Shown: piece by piece, positions 38,063 through 50,221 of the stretch
How the letters are laid out: each line of letters begins with the position of its first letter
Numbering within the stretch: position 1 is the first letter of the stretch
NCBI RefSeq assembly: GCF_018977255.1
Contig: NW_024704742.1
Location: forward strand, 20,896,001-20,960,000
Source: Callorhinchus milii
Lineage: Eukaryota
Length of the DNA stretch: 64,000 nucleotides
Reading direction: 5' to 3'
Notes under the pieces: generated by a model
What the model was told of the DNA's origin: nothing
What the model saw: the letters and a program-made list of their open reading frames with translations, nothing else
Databases searched by the model: none
Program-made: the position numbers and the translations under genes

Positions 38063-38828
38063 CGTCGTCAAGCCGCTGAAACGCTGGTCCATGCCTTTGT
38101 CACCTCTCGGCTGGACTATTCAAACGCCCTCCTCGCTGGTCTCCCATCCACTACCATCCATAAAATCCAACTCATTCAGAATTTAAACAATAATAAATTG
38201 GTCATTTTCAATCTACGACTGTTTGTGGGACATTGCTGTGCGCAATTGGCTGCCGCGTTCGCCCACAAATATACAGTCAATTCACTTTACAGTCTATTCT
38301 GTGAAGCGCTTTGGGACGTCCTCCCGACGTGAAAAGCGCTATATCAAATGCAAGGATTATTATTATTATTATTATTAACTGCAGCCGCAATTCTCACCCG
38401 CACGAAACTCCGCTTCCCGATCACCCCAGTCCTCGCCAGACTCCACTGGCTGCCTATCCCAGAGAGGATCGATTTCAAGATCCTCACCCTTGTCTTCAAA
38501 TCCCTCCACTCCTCTGCACTCCCTTACCACTCTGACCTCTCTCCTCGGCACAGTACCCGTTGCCTTCGTTCCTCCGGGTCTGGCTCCTCCTTGTCCCCCA
38601 AGTCCTCCGCTCCATCCTCAGCGGCCTTGCCTTCAGCCACTATGCCCCGAGGCTCTGGAACTGCCTTCCTCACTCCCTTCGTCTTGCTCCCTCCCTTCCC
38701 ATTTTCAGGTCTCTGCTGAAGACCTTTCTTCGACCGCGCCTTTGGTCACCTTCCCACCGCTCCCCCTGGCTCGGTCCCGGGATCCTAAACGTCCAGTGTG
38801 GAGGACGCTATATAAATCCAAGTTGTTG
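38063..38828 (+). mobile_element. L2 3' fragment interrupted by a SINE 3' half (about 38184-38377)
   Basis: [31 protein letters not shown] | SINE | AAAILTRT..LHWLP. Confidence 0.9.
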
Positions 38829-38939
38829 AGCTGACGAATGGGTGTATGAGGGTTTCAGCAGCCTGAGGGGTGAAGCAGTGGCAGAGACGGGCAATGTTGC
38901 GGAGGTGGGGGAAGGCAGAGCGGTTCATGGCACGGATGT

Positions 38940-39246
38940 GGAGTCCTGTAGCTCAGTAGTTAGAGAACTCGCCTCACAAGCAAGACTCCTGGGTTCGATT
39001 CCCAGGGTGAAACCTTGGGCAAGTTTCCTTACTCCACATGCCTGATAATAATCCCTCAAGAAAAAAAACAATAATAAATTGGTCACATTATTGCACGACT
39101 GTTTGTGGGACATTGCTGTGCGCAATTAGCTGCCGCATTTCGACCACAAATGAACAGTCAATTCACTTTACAGTATATTCTGTGAAGTGCTTTTGAGACT
39201 TCTAGAAGATGTGGAGAGTGCAATATCAAATGCAAGGATTATTATT
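38940..39246 (+). mobile_element. Full-length SINE inserted in an L2
   Basis: ggagtcctgtagctcagtagttagag...gcaaggattattatt. Confidence 0.88.
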
Positions 39247-39249
39247 CTA

Positions 39250-39720
39250 TAGTGGAGAGAGGACAATTGAGGGTCGAACAAGACGTCTATGGGTGTTTTG
39301 GTGAAGTGTGCAACCATGGATGCTGATGTCGCCAGTGCCTGAGGTGCTGAGGCGCTGGTGTGAGCCAATCAGGAGGGCCTCAGACTTTCCTGACTTTCAG
39401 CTGTAGAAAGTTGGCTCTCATACAGGACTTAACATCAGACAGACAGTCTGTCAGGACGTCATTTGTCCTGGAATCGAGGGTGGAAGCAGAGACATAGAGT
39501 TGGGTGTCATCCACGTACATGTGGAAGTTGACCCCATGTCTGCAGATGACGCCACCAAGGAGGAGCATGTAGAGGTTGTAGAGGACAGTCAGAAGACAGG
39601 GATGGGTCCATGGAAGGTTTTTTCAGGATGGGGGTGATTGTAGCTGTTTTTCGGAGGAAGGGAACAGTGCCAGATGAAAGGGAGAAATTGATGGTGTTGG
39701 AGAGTAGAGGGGAGAGGAGG
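39250..39720 (-). mobile_element. L2 RT fragment (continues at about 38830-38940 beyond a SINE insertion)
   Basis: [26 protein letters not shown]. Confidence 0.85.
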
Positions 39721-41026
39721 TACATGTCACCTTGGAGACGGTTTAGCTCCACGGAAAGCCAGCTTATCTCTACCCCAAGGAGAATAGTCACTAGTTGGTC
39801 AATCAACATTCAATAAGCGTGGGTTTGAGCCTTCACTAAGTGGATGGTAGGTACCATTCCATTGCTAAACATGTCACCTTGGAACCAATTCAGCTGTAAC
39901 TAACCTCTACAATACATCCCCCCCCCACCACCACTTGCGGGTGTCCCGGTGGGCACACGATGCTTACTCCTCTGTGCAGCATATTTTGGTAGTTTTATGT
40001 AAGCCAGGCAAAGTTTTTAAATGAGCAGAGGCTTTTTGCGCCCCCAAGAATTATAGCTGACAATCCTGAGCCCTTTCAGGGTGCCAGTACTCCACCTTTC
40101 ACCGTGGTTATTCAGCTCCTTCCAGTCTGGAATCGGTGCTAAAATTACACCCTAGTCCAGTGTTGGCCAACCTCTTTGGTTGACCAACAAAATAAATGTT
40201 CATTGATTGAATATTTCTTAATTTGTGGCATAAATCTATGCTATCTTGCTATTTCTCTGATCGTTTTGTTGGCCCCACTGCTAGCCTGATTATAAACCAC
40301 AAGATTGTCTGAAGCCCAGTTGTCTCATGCACACAGGTTATCTGCAGGAACGTGCTCTCAGGAACCAAATGGTAAAAACAGTCTGTTTCGCAGGCTATCA
40401 ACACTGAAGAAATGTTTGTGCTGAAATTTACAACACAGTGTAAGACAAAATCCGCATCTAAAAAGAATTTAAATACCTTTTAAGGCTGATATGCATTAAA
40501 TGTGGGCTACAACTATGAGTGAGGTGACAGGTTTGACTTTAGTCCAAAATCTTGGTTTTCCCTAAATGCAGCTCCAATCTGTCAGCAGCTCCAATCTGTC
40601 TGCAACTAGAGCTAGGGCCAAAAGGATAGTTCAGCTAGGGCGAGAACTGTCCCCCAAGGCACTTGTTGGGCAACAAAGCCACTCACTGATCTCCTAGCTG
40701 CCAGGGAAGTAAGATAGCAGAGAAGCACCATGTTCAGATGTTATCTTTCCTGCAGATATGTGTGGTCAGGAAGATAGACTGAAGTTGCCGCTGGGTCAGA
40801 AGTCAAAGTTCCAGCTGGACTCAGAGATGGGCACCAGGGAAGGTTCCGAGGGAAATCTGCGGTTTTCGGAAATGCCCCAAAGTAGTCAAAACACAAAGCT
40901 TGAGCTAGCCTAATTGCAACTGAGGGTGAGGTGAGTTGAATTGCTGAAACTAAACAATGGGTTTATTTATTGCCTTTCTCTGAATTACAGTATGTGCTAA
41001 TTACCACGTTTAATTTCATTAAACAT

Positions 41027-41347
41027 GGAGTCCTGTAGCTCAGTGGTTAGAGCACTCGCTTTGCAAGTGAGAGACCTGAGTTCAATTCCAGACAGGGCGA
41101 AACCTTGGGCAAGTTTCCTTATTCCACACAGAGCCTAATAATAATCCCTCCAAAACCAAAAACAATAATAATAAATTGGTCATTTTCAATCTACGACTGT
41201 TTGTGGGACATTGCTGTGCGCAATTGGCTGCTGCGTTCGCCCACAAATATACAGTCAATTCACTTTACAGTGTGTTCTGTGAAGCGCTTTGGGACGTCCT
41301 CCCGACGTGAAAAGCGCTATATCAAATGCAAGGATTATTATTATTAT
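41027..41347 (+). mobile_element. Full-length young SINE (tRNA-Ala-like head, Deu-like core, L2-type 3' end, (ATT)n tail)
   Basis: A box tagctcagtgg, B box gagttcaattcc, core gtgggacattgctgtgcgcaattggctgc, 3' gacgtgaaaagcgctatatcaaatgcaagg. Confidence 0.92.
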
Positions 41348-42254
41348 AAATGAAAAATTCTTCTAATCCTCGACTGCCTACATTAAAGATTTATCAATGA
41401 AAAGTTCGCATTTTATATTTCAGTTCAGTTCCTTCTCTTTCTCTCAATGATTTCTCCCTTTTATTTTTGGCCCTTAATTCTGGGAAGCAAACCTTTAAAG
41501 GCTTAATGGCAAGTCAGTTTTCAATTTTTGTTTGTGCTGGTTAAGTAGCGGCCAAATATTCCAGGAGAGTCGTACATCTTCCTTAAAATGTGCCTGCAAG
41601 TGAGAAGCTAATCACACTTGGCGTGTGATCGGCCTCTGACTGCATAGTTAATGATACTGATGAGCTCCATTACTGAGCAAGCATCCAACAGGAAGGAGCT
41701 ATGCGAGGTAAGAGACAGATTCATTCAACCCAACCAGCAGCCAGTGAATAACTATAATCTGGGCAAGATCTGCTGTCTTCAGATTACTACGCTTATTGTC
41801 TACATCTCCTTATCCTGTGTATTGCATCATGAGAACATGTCAATTTCTTGCCCTGAACATTACAAAATGGTTTGAAAAACACACATATCGTGGGGTTTGT
41901 CAATTAATCTTTATTAAACATCTGACTGTAATAATGATAAAGTGTATTATGTCCTAATACACTACCACTCTGTTAACACACTTAATTCAGCACAGACCAG
42001 GGATCAAACGTAGAATCTCTATGGCTCAGCTAGTTACTCAGCTGTTCAATAATATTGCAGAGCCATCATGGTGTTTTCATGTTTTTAAATTTGAATATTT
42101 CTCATTTATTATTTGTGGTGCTTTCAGTTATGGTTTTACTGTCAGAGATATTGAGGCAATCTCCTTCAGTGCCGCTTGAATAACTACCACTTTGAGAGAA
42201 TTAAATCTTGTGTACTGTCTGAAATAAGCTTAAATCTGTGTTTTTTCTCTCCTT

Positions 42255-42730
42255 TATGTATGTTGATTTACAAGGATGTTACCAGGGACGAGTGAATACA
42301 CCTATCAAGAAATGATATAAACTTTGTAGAGATTGCAACTTTTCTCTCGGGAACTAAAACAATTGAAAGGGGACCTGGTAGACCTGTTTTAGGTGTTAAA
42401 AGGATTCAATAAGCATAGTGTTGATAGCTGTTTCCACTTAGTGAATCTACAACTGAAGGCATAAATATAAAATAGCTCGCAGTAGGTTTAATAGGAAGTT
42501 TAGGGGGAACTTTTTCCAGCACAGGGTGGTAAGAATGTAGAAGCTCGGTTTGAAGCAAAAAGCATCAATGCATTTAAGAGAAATCTTGATGCATATATAA
42601 GGGAGAAGGGAATAGAAAGGCATGGATGAGGGGAATAGGAGTGGGAGCTTGTGTGTTGTATAAACACTGGTAAGAACTAGTTCAGCCAAATGGCATGTTT
42701 CTTTGCTGAATCTCTCTCTGTAACTATGTT
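42255..42730 (+). mobile_element. Degenerate CR1 3' fragment
   Basis: Resembles the other CR1 3' ends (FTRMLPG..., cagccaaatggcatgtttc...). Confidence 0.6.
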
Positions 42731-42944
42731 ATGAAAAAAATCCTAATGGGAAAATTGCATAGAAATTAATTTGCATCAGAATACAGCATTGTGGTCAATC
42801 CCTGTTACAGTGTATTATATACAGTGAATGAAGTACCAGGAAAATAAAGATTGATAAAACAGGATTGAAAGAAGATGTGAAACAAATTAAACAAATGGAT
42901 CGAACAGCATTGTTTCAGGCAATTAACAAGCCTCCAACATTGAA

Positions 42945-43775
42945 CAACAACAGCAAAATTAAATTTTTATAGCGCATTTCCGTCGGGAGGATGTCCCAAG
43001 GAGCTGGACAGACAATGTTTCGGACCCAAACCGGGGATCAGGGAGGGTGCATGGCAGGTGGGGGAAGGAGGGTGATCGAAGGCCCATTCGAAGAGGAGGG
43101 TCTTGAGATGGGTCTTCAAGGAGGCAAGAGAGGTGGCGAGGCGGAGAGGTTGGAGGATGGAGCTCCAGAGGGTGGGGGCAGAGTGGCTGAAGGCCCACTC
43201 GCCAATGGTGGGGCGGGCGAGGTGGGGGTTGTGAAGCAGACCGGAGCCCACTCAGCGGAGGGAGCGGGCAGGTTAGTAGGGGGTTAGGAAGTCGGAGAGA
43301 TAGGGGGGGCAAGGCCATGGAGGCCTTTGAAGGTGAGGACCAGCATCTTGAACTGTATCCTCTGTGTGATGGGAAGCCATTGCAGTCGGGTGAGGATGGG
43401 GGTGATAGGGTCACGGAGCCTGATGTGGGAGAAGACATGGACTGCAAAGTTCTGGATGATCTGCAGCCTCTGGGGGGAGGAGTTGGGGAGGCCGACAAGC
43501 AGGGAGTTTGCATAGTCAAGCCTGGATGTTATGGATGTGTGTATGAAGGTTTTCGGTGGCCTGCAGTGTGAGACAGTGGCGGATCCAGGTGATGTTGCGG
43601 AGGTGGGGGAAAGCAGAGTGGGTCACGGCATGGATGTGAGGTAGAAAGGATAGATGAGGATCAAACAAGACGTCAAGGTTCCAGACTGGCTTAGTAAAGT
43701 GGAGTGTGCATCCGTGGATGGTGATGCTGTCAGCGCATGAGGTGTGGAGGCACTGATGGGAGACAATCAGGAGAG
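42945..43775 (-). mobile_element. L2 3' fragment
   Basis: (caa)n tail and reverse-complement L2 C-terminal coding sequence. Confidence 0.9.
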
Positions 43776-43945
43776 CCCGGGAAAAGCGATCCGCCGATCG
43801 ACTAATAACCAAGATCCTACTTACCGCCAGGTAAACAGAGGTGTGTGGAATAAAGAAACTTGCCTAACATTTCGCCCTGCCGGGAATCGAACCCAGGTCT
43901 CTCGCTTGCGAGGCGAGTACTCTTAACCGCTAAGCTACAGCACTC
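43775..43945 (-). mobile_element. SINE 5' part (tRNA-like head)
   Basis: Minus strand gctgtagcttagcggttaagagtactcgcctcgcaagcgagagacctgggttcgattcccggcag. Confidence 0.8.
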
Positions 43946-44779
43946 GTCAAAGCCAACTCGGTAGTTAGCTGTGGTTAGCTGCCACTGACAAATTTGAAAG
44001 TCTGGAGCTTTTAAAAATAAAATTAGATTGAAAGGTGAAAAGAATCTTTCCTGTACTTTACAACCATGGCTTGAAGCTAAGATTAAAAGACCGTTGGGCC
44101 ATTTTGTCTGGTGGTGAGAGCAGGGACATTGTACAACAGGATCCCCAGATTCATTAGATGTCATTCAGTGGAATGTCATGTGAAGATGTGGTTTTATTGT
44201 TTCTTTCAACAATCTAAGTTTGTAAATTGGGAATGAAGAGATTTTATTTTGATTCTTTGAATTAGCCAGAAATTATATAAACTTCCATAAGGGTGTTTGG
44301 TTTACTTGAAGAAGAGTTTTTTTTAAATTACAATGAATTAATTAAATAGAAACTTTTGTTTGGAGATAAGCTGCATACAATTCCTGATTGTCAGGGAATA
44401 CAGTATTGTACTTAGTTGGAAAGGAAATCCATCCTGGGTTTGAAAATAATAATTTCCCTTCAATTTTGCAATTAATTTAAAGCGCACATTCAGCTATTAC
44501 AATAATTCTAAATCTGTCACAAAGTCTTACAAAATCTTAATTGGGACGTCCTCCTGACGTGAAAGGCGCTCTATAAATGGAATCTTGTTGTTGTTGTTGT
44601 TAATTGGAGAACAGACTCCTAGGGTAACACAAACCCCAGCACCAGAAGGACTTCCTTCCTTCCATGCACAAGAACTTTGTTTCAAGTTAGTTTGGCCACT
44701 TTCATAAGGTTTTTGAAAGAATTATTTACTTATATTTTACAATATGTTCTTATGTTGTTAGTCAACCGTACTGATGCCT

Positions 44780-45590
44780 TCCTGCTTGGCTCCCACTAGA
44801 ACCTCCTCATCTCAGGCGTCAACCATATTAACTTCCCCGATTGTTTGTTCCCTCAAGGAATCTGTAAGGGACCTAGAGAGAATCTGTATGGAGCATTTTA
44901 TTCAATCCTCAACTCTCCTTAAGCCTTTCATCTGACCAAGTCATCTGCTTTCCTCCATCACTGCAAAATCACTTGCCACCATCACTGCTTTACTCCTAGC
45001 AGAGCTGATTCCCTCATCTATTGCCTTGTCACCTCCAGACTTGATTTCTCCAATGCCCTGCTCACTGGGCTCCACAGCTCCACTATCTGTGAGTTCTGAA
45101 TCATACAGAGAAGTCTGTATTCTCACCCTCATTAGGCTCTAAGGCCCATAAGCCACATTCTTGTTCAGCTCCACTCGGTTCCTATTCCCCAGCAGATATT
45201 CCCTTTATGATGCTTGTCCTTACTTTCAATTGCCTCCATGGCTTTGCCCCACCTTACCTCAACAATCACCTGTGATTTTATTCCTCAGCTCACCAACTCT
45301 GCTCTATTATCTCTGGCCTGCTTCATGTCCCCTGCCAGCTCTGCCTCACCATCGACAGCCACTTTGCCCCCATTCTCTAGAAATCAATTCCCCCAAATCC
45401 TTTTGGCTCTACCTATCTCTCTTAGTTTCAAAACGCATCCAAAAACACTATCTCTTCAAGTGCACCTTCAGGTATCTATCCCCTACTTCCCCTATCTCCT
45501 TCCCAACCAGGGCACCCACTCCCATCACTTGTGTCAATACTTACGGTTTACCAAAGGAGATTGAGCTACTAAAGTCCAAGGTATTATTGT
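44780..45590 (+). mobile_element. Highly degenerate L2 3' fragment
   Basis: Residual similarity (ctcatctattgccttgtcacctccagacttga...). Confidence 0.6.
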
Positions 45591-46194
45591 AATTATTAAT
45601 AAAGGTCAGGTTGTTAAGCCTGGTGAAAGCTTTGTGAATGGGAAAGATTGCATCACCTGAGAAAGGGCACGTTCAGATTCATTATAGGGGACACTGTCTG
45701 CTTATATGATCTGTTAGAATGTAATAATTAAAAGAAATACAAACTGTCTTCACAGATTATAGTAACTGATGGCAGTGAATAATAATAATAATGGTTGCAT
45801 TTGATATTGTGCCTTATCACATCTTCAGATGTCTCAAAGCACTTCACAGAATATACTGTGATACCCAAATGACAAACAGTCGTCGATTGAATGACCAAAT
45901 TATTGTTTATTTTATGTTTTTGGAAGGGATTATTATGTATGGAAAAGCGATCATCAATCGACTGACAACTGTTTTCCTATTTACTTCTGGGTAAAAAGAG
46001 GTGTGCAAAGTAAGAACAGAGGCAACGTTGCGTCCTGCCAGGTTGAGTTCAGTTGTGCACAGCTCTCTTCCTTGGCAGAATGATTCAGAACATGTAGTAT
46101 AACTGATTTGCTGCTTCAAATTATTCTACCACATTGAATTGGTGCTTATCATGTAACTGCCTGCAGTGTAAGTACAAAAGTCAACTCTGCATTA

Positions 46195-46508
46195 AATAAT
46201 AAAATAATAATCCTTGCATTTGATATAGCACCTTATCACGTCTTCGAGATGTCTCAAAGCGCTTCACAGAATATACTATAAAGTGAAATGACTGTGTATT
46301 TGTGGGCGAAACGCGGCAGCCAATTGCGCACAGCAATCTCCCAAAAACAGTCTTGGATTGAGTGACCAATTTATTATTTTATTTTTTCTTGAGGGATTAT
46401 TATCAGGCATGTGGACTAACGAAACTTGCCAAAGATTTCAGCCTGCCGAGAATCAAACCCAAGTCTCTTGCTTACAAGGCGAGTGCTCTAACCACTGAGC
46501 TACAGAAC
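46195..46508 (-). mobile_element. Full-length SINE, same family
   Basis: tRNA head and tail both present. Confidence 0.88.
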
Positions 46509-47139
46509 TCGGGTTAAACACACACAACTCCAAATAGCAAGAATTAAGGAGATCCTTCAGGAGGTGCTTGCTGGATAGCCTCACAAAATGGTTTTCTGTC
46601 TGTCCATTGCTCCTTATAGGTAAATGGAACATGTCACAACCAGAACTTCAAAGAGGAACAAAACCCTTCGACAGCAATGCCGTCTGCTTCCGTTCAGAGG
46701 TTCATCAATTACATGACATCAGTGTGGATTGCAGAATGGAACAGCAATCAGTCATGTGGTGGTGAGTGACTTGACATGTCCTAAGCTCTCCTAATGTGTA
46801 TCGCTGGCCATTTATCTTCTGTGTCAAGAAGGCAGCCTTGAAGCAGAAAGCTTGACCTTCTAGGATGGGGTGCTGATCCTGTGATACAGGGTGACTGTCA
46901 GGTTGAAGCTATAGGCATGCCTTGTGCTTGGAGTGATCTGCCACTCCTCACCAGGCATATCTATTTACCAAAACCCCTCCATGAGGACCTGGATTAACAC
47001 CTGATACTGAGTAAGCATTGGACGTGCACCTCTAGAACATCAAGGTGGCTAATACATCACAAGCTGCAAAAGTCCTCCCACCAAGCTGAAGCCAGATGTC
47101 CATCAGATAGGAAACTCTGAGGCTTGGGATGACAGCTGC

Positions 47140-48045
47140 TGGAAGGCATTACCTGGTGTCTGAGTTCATGAATAAACATTCATGCATCCAGCGCCTGGAA
47201 TCCACCTTGATTGGCTTGCAGAGAGGTAAGTAGCTTCTGCTTAAGCTCTGCATTTCCAACAGGTGGAACCATCGTTCAATGGGAAGGGATGTTTGTCTAT
47301 CCTGTGGGCAGGAAGATGGTGGAATTGCTCTCAGGTTTTCATGCTGGGCTCTCTGCCCATCAGGAAGTTCCTGGTACCTATCATCCACCAAGTGAGGGCT
47401 GAAATCCTTGCTTGTCAGATGTCAAATGACCAACTGTGACTATCCTTCTGTTGGGGCAAGGTAAGCGGGGTCTCCTTGGAGCTAAAATGGCTCCAAAGTA
47501 ATATATTTGGCAACAGAATGTCAGAAACAAGCCTACACTATGTGTCGATCTTGGTAATCCAGTTCCTGAGCTGAATGGGTTCCCAGTACATCAGGGCACT
47601 GGGCATGGCCAGCCTGGCTCAACAGCAACACCTGGAAGCGCAGACTTGTCACTGGGAGCAGTGACTATTTCTACTCAGCTCCCATTAACCGTACAAACCA
47701 ATGCCCTAATTGGTAGGATGGTCCTAGCTGGACAAGCGGTGGGAAAGCTTGCCACACAGTGCTCTCAATGGCAAGCTATGTGGTTTTAGCTGGTTAGTCT
47801 CCAGCAGTACTCCAACACACACTTTGGGGTCCCCAATCCTTGGCTCTTGCCAACCTGCACGTAATACTCTCTGGAATTAGGTAAACAGGATGCATCCCTC
47901 CAGGGAGAGAGTGCGCATTCCATTCCAGCAATCTATATCTGCGATTTCTATGTGTAGGTGGGATGCATGAAATTCTCAGCTTGGTTTGGATACCCTTAAG
48001 CATGGTAATGGATTTCAGCATGTGTCAGATACCCAAATAACCAAA
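47140..48045 (+). mobile_element. Non-LTR retrotransposon 3' end with CCHC-type C-terminus (RTE-X-like), longest copy
   Basis: Remnant RW...DVCLSCGQED..FMLG..AHQ followed by a long 3' UTR shared with five other copies, then an A-rich end. Confidence 0.55.
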
Positions 48046-48611
48046 AAGAAATAATTCTTGCATTTATATAATGCCTTATCAATATGTGTCAAAGCGCTTC
48101 ACTGGATATACTGTAAAGTGGTGTGTATTTTGAGGGCTTAAACAGTATCCAATATGCGCACAGGAATGTCCCAGAAACAGAAATAACTTGTAGTCGAGAG
48201 TGCTACCAACTGAGCCAGGTTGACTGACAAATTCAGCACATACAATTCTTTTTAATTTAAACTACTTATTTTATTACACTGAACCAAGTCACATCAATAG
48301 CATACATTTAAACACAAAACGAATAGCACAGAAATTCTTTAATTTTACAAAGCATTTGGACATTTATTTTTGTTTGCGAGTACTGTTATCGTCTATATTT
48401 GTTTAAACTTCACATTTTGCAAACATGTTCACGTGTTAGAAATCAGCTAAAAGTGATAAAAGGTACATATGACAATGCACTTATTTCACAAGATACATTA
48501 TCTGTAAGATTTATTACAGAAAAGTACAACGAATTTTTATGTCGCTGTCCAAACAAAAATTCTCATATGTCAGACTTTTAAAATTCCCCCTAATAAATCC
48601 CCCAAGTATCT

Positions 48612-48715
48612 GAAACAAAAACAGAGAGAGCTGGGAAAACTCAGCAGGTCAGGCAACATCTATGGAGAAAGGAAAGTGAGTCAACATTTTGGGTCCATGA
48701 CCCTTTCTCAGAACT
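48612..48715 (-). mobile_element. Solo Penelope-type terminal repeat with degenerate hammerhead motif
   Basis: Minus strand ctgagaaagggtcatggacccaaaatgttgactc...gatgttgcctgacctgctgagttttcccagc...gtttttgttt. Confidence 0.7.
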
Positions 48716-50221
48716 CAAGTATCTGGTTTGACATAAGTGAAGGGGATGAAATTCATTGGCTTTTTTTTGTATTTGATACAGTGCGTTTCACAATAGGAAG
48801 TCATCTCAAAGCACCTCACAGGATTTACTGTGAAGTGTAGCAGCTCTGTATTTTGTAGGCAAATGTCAAGCCAATTTGCACATGGTTATATCCCACAATT
48901 AGCCTTGAATTATCGATTATTATTTGGCCAATACACTGGGAAAAACTCCTTTCTCTTTTTGAATAGTGTCTTGGGATCTTTAACGTCCATCTACATAGGC
49001 AGATGGGACTTCAGTTTAACATCTCATCCAAAGAACAGCATCTCCAACAATGCAGTGCAACCCAGACCTACACTGAAGTGTCAGCCTAGACTGACTTCTT
49101 AGCCTGATACTGGGCTTGAACTCACAACCTTCTGATTCAGAGGTGAAATGCTAACTGAACCTGGCTGAAACAAGTTTCGCAACTTTGATTCAGAAGTGAG
49201 CTCTAAAAAGAAGACATTTCAACACATGATCAAACTCGCTACACTTAGCAACAAGAAATGATTTGTTGCGCTAACTCCTTCATGATCCTTAAAAGAATTT
49301 AAAATATAATTTTATTCTTGAATTTTTTATTTGGACATGACCCTATATTTGTCTGAAAAGTTTAAACATTTACAATATAAAGGCACAACATCCAAAGAAC
49401 TGTCTTAAAGGACAACCAGACTCCATAACATTCCACCTAGAAGCACTGGAAATAGACATTTTGGATCTTTACAATCTTTACGTAATCACACACAAACAAA
49501 GTTCACTTTGTGTATGATTATGTAAAGATTGCTCATCAAAGTTATGGTAATAATTTCCTATCCATTAAAGAAACAATAACAACTTGGCTTTCATGCAGAA
49601 TAGTGTCTCCTGGTGCTAAGTGATAAAAGAAAGTGATCTCACTAGATTTTCACTTCTGAAGAAAAATAGATGTGATAGTTGCACTGTTCCAATTGCTAGA
49701 AACTTGTTGAATAACTCATTAAAATCCAGTCTTTTGTGTTGAATTAATTCACAAACATTCTAAATTCATCTATGCAAAGAGGATTGAAGATCCTCTTAGT
49801 AATGTAATTAACAGTCAATGAAAATGATCCCAGATTATTCTGTTCTTTATGTTGGACGTTGGTTATATCATTCATTGCATCAATCTGCATTTGTGCAAAA
49901 ATACATGATTAATCCAATCCTAAAACCAATTTGCAAATTCAAAGCCAGTATGTATAACACAAGGTTAGAATCACAATGGACAAACAAGAATCACAAAAGA
50001 AAGCCAATTAAAGTGATAAGTGTCCTTCCAGAGTATGGTGTGACCAGGTCATTATGGATCCTGATGCAACTTTAATTCAATCCAACAAGCAACAGACGCC
50101 TCTGAATATAACTTTATAAACCTTTGTTAATATTATATGGTTAAATTAAACACTATGTTATACAGAAATGTTAACAATGAATTCATTCATATTCCTGAAC
50201 TGCAAAGCCTGCAATTCTTGT

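Noticed and set aside
40155..40675. Possible additional hAT relic (cagtgttggccaacct ... gttgggcaaca)
   Set aside because: The termini are too degenerate and no TSD could be confirmed.
41027..41100. tRNA-Ala-like sequences (also at 31512, 38940, 43870-43945, 46440-46508, 55658, 59165-59237)
   Set aside because: These are SINE heads. They lack a proper acceptor stem and run straight into the SINE body.
42035..42062. Minus-strand NIIEQL resembling NAF1 SIIEQL
   Set aside because: It lies upstream of the promoter with no flanking similarity, so it is a chance match.
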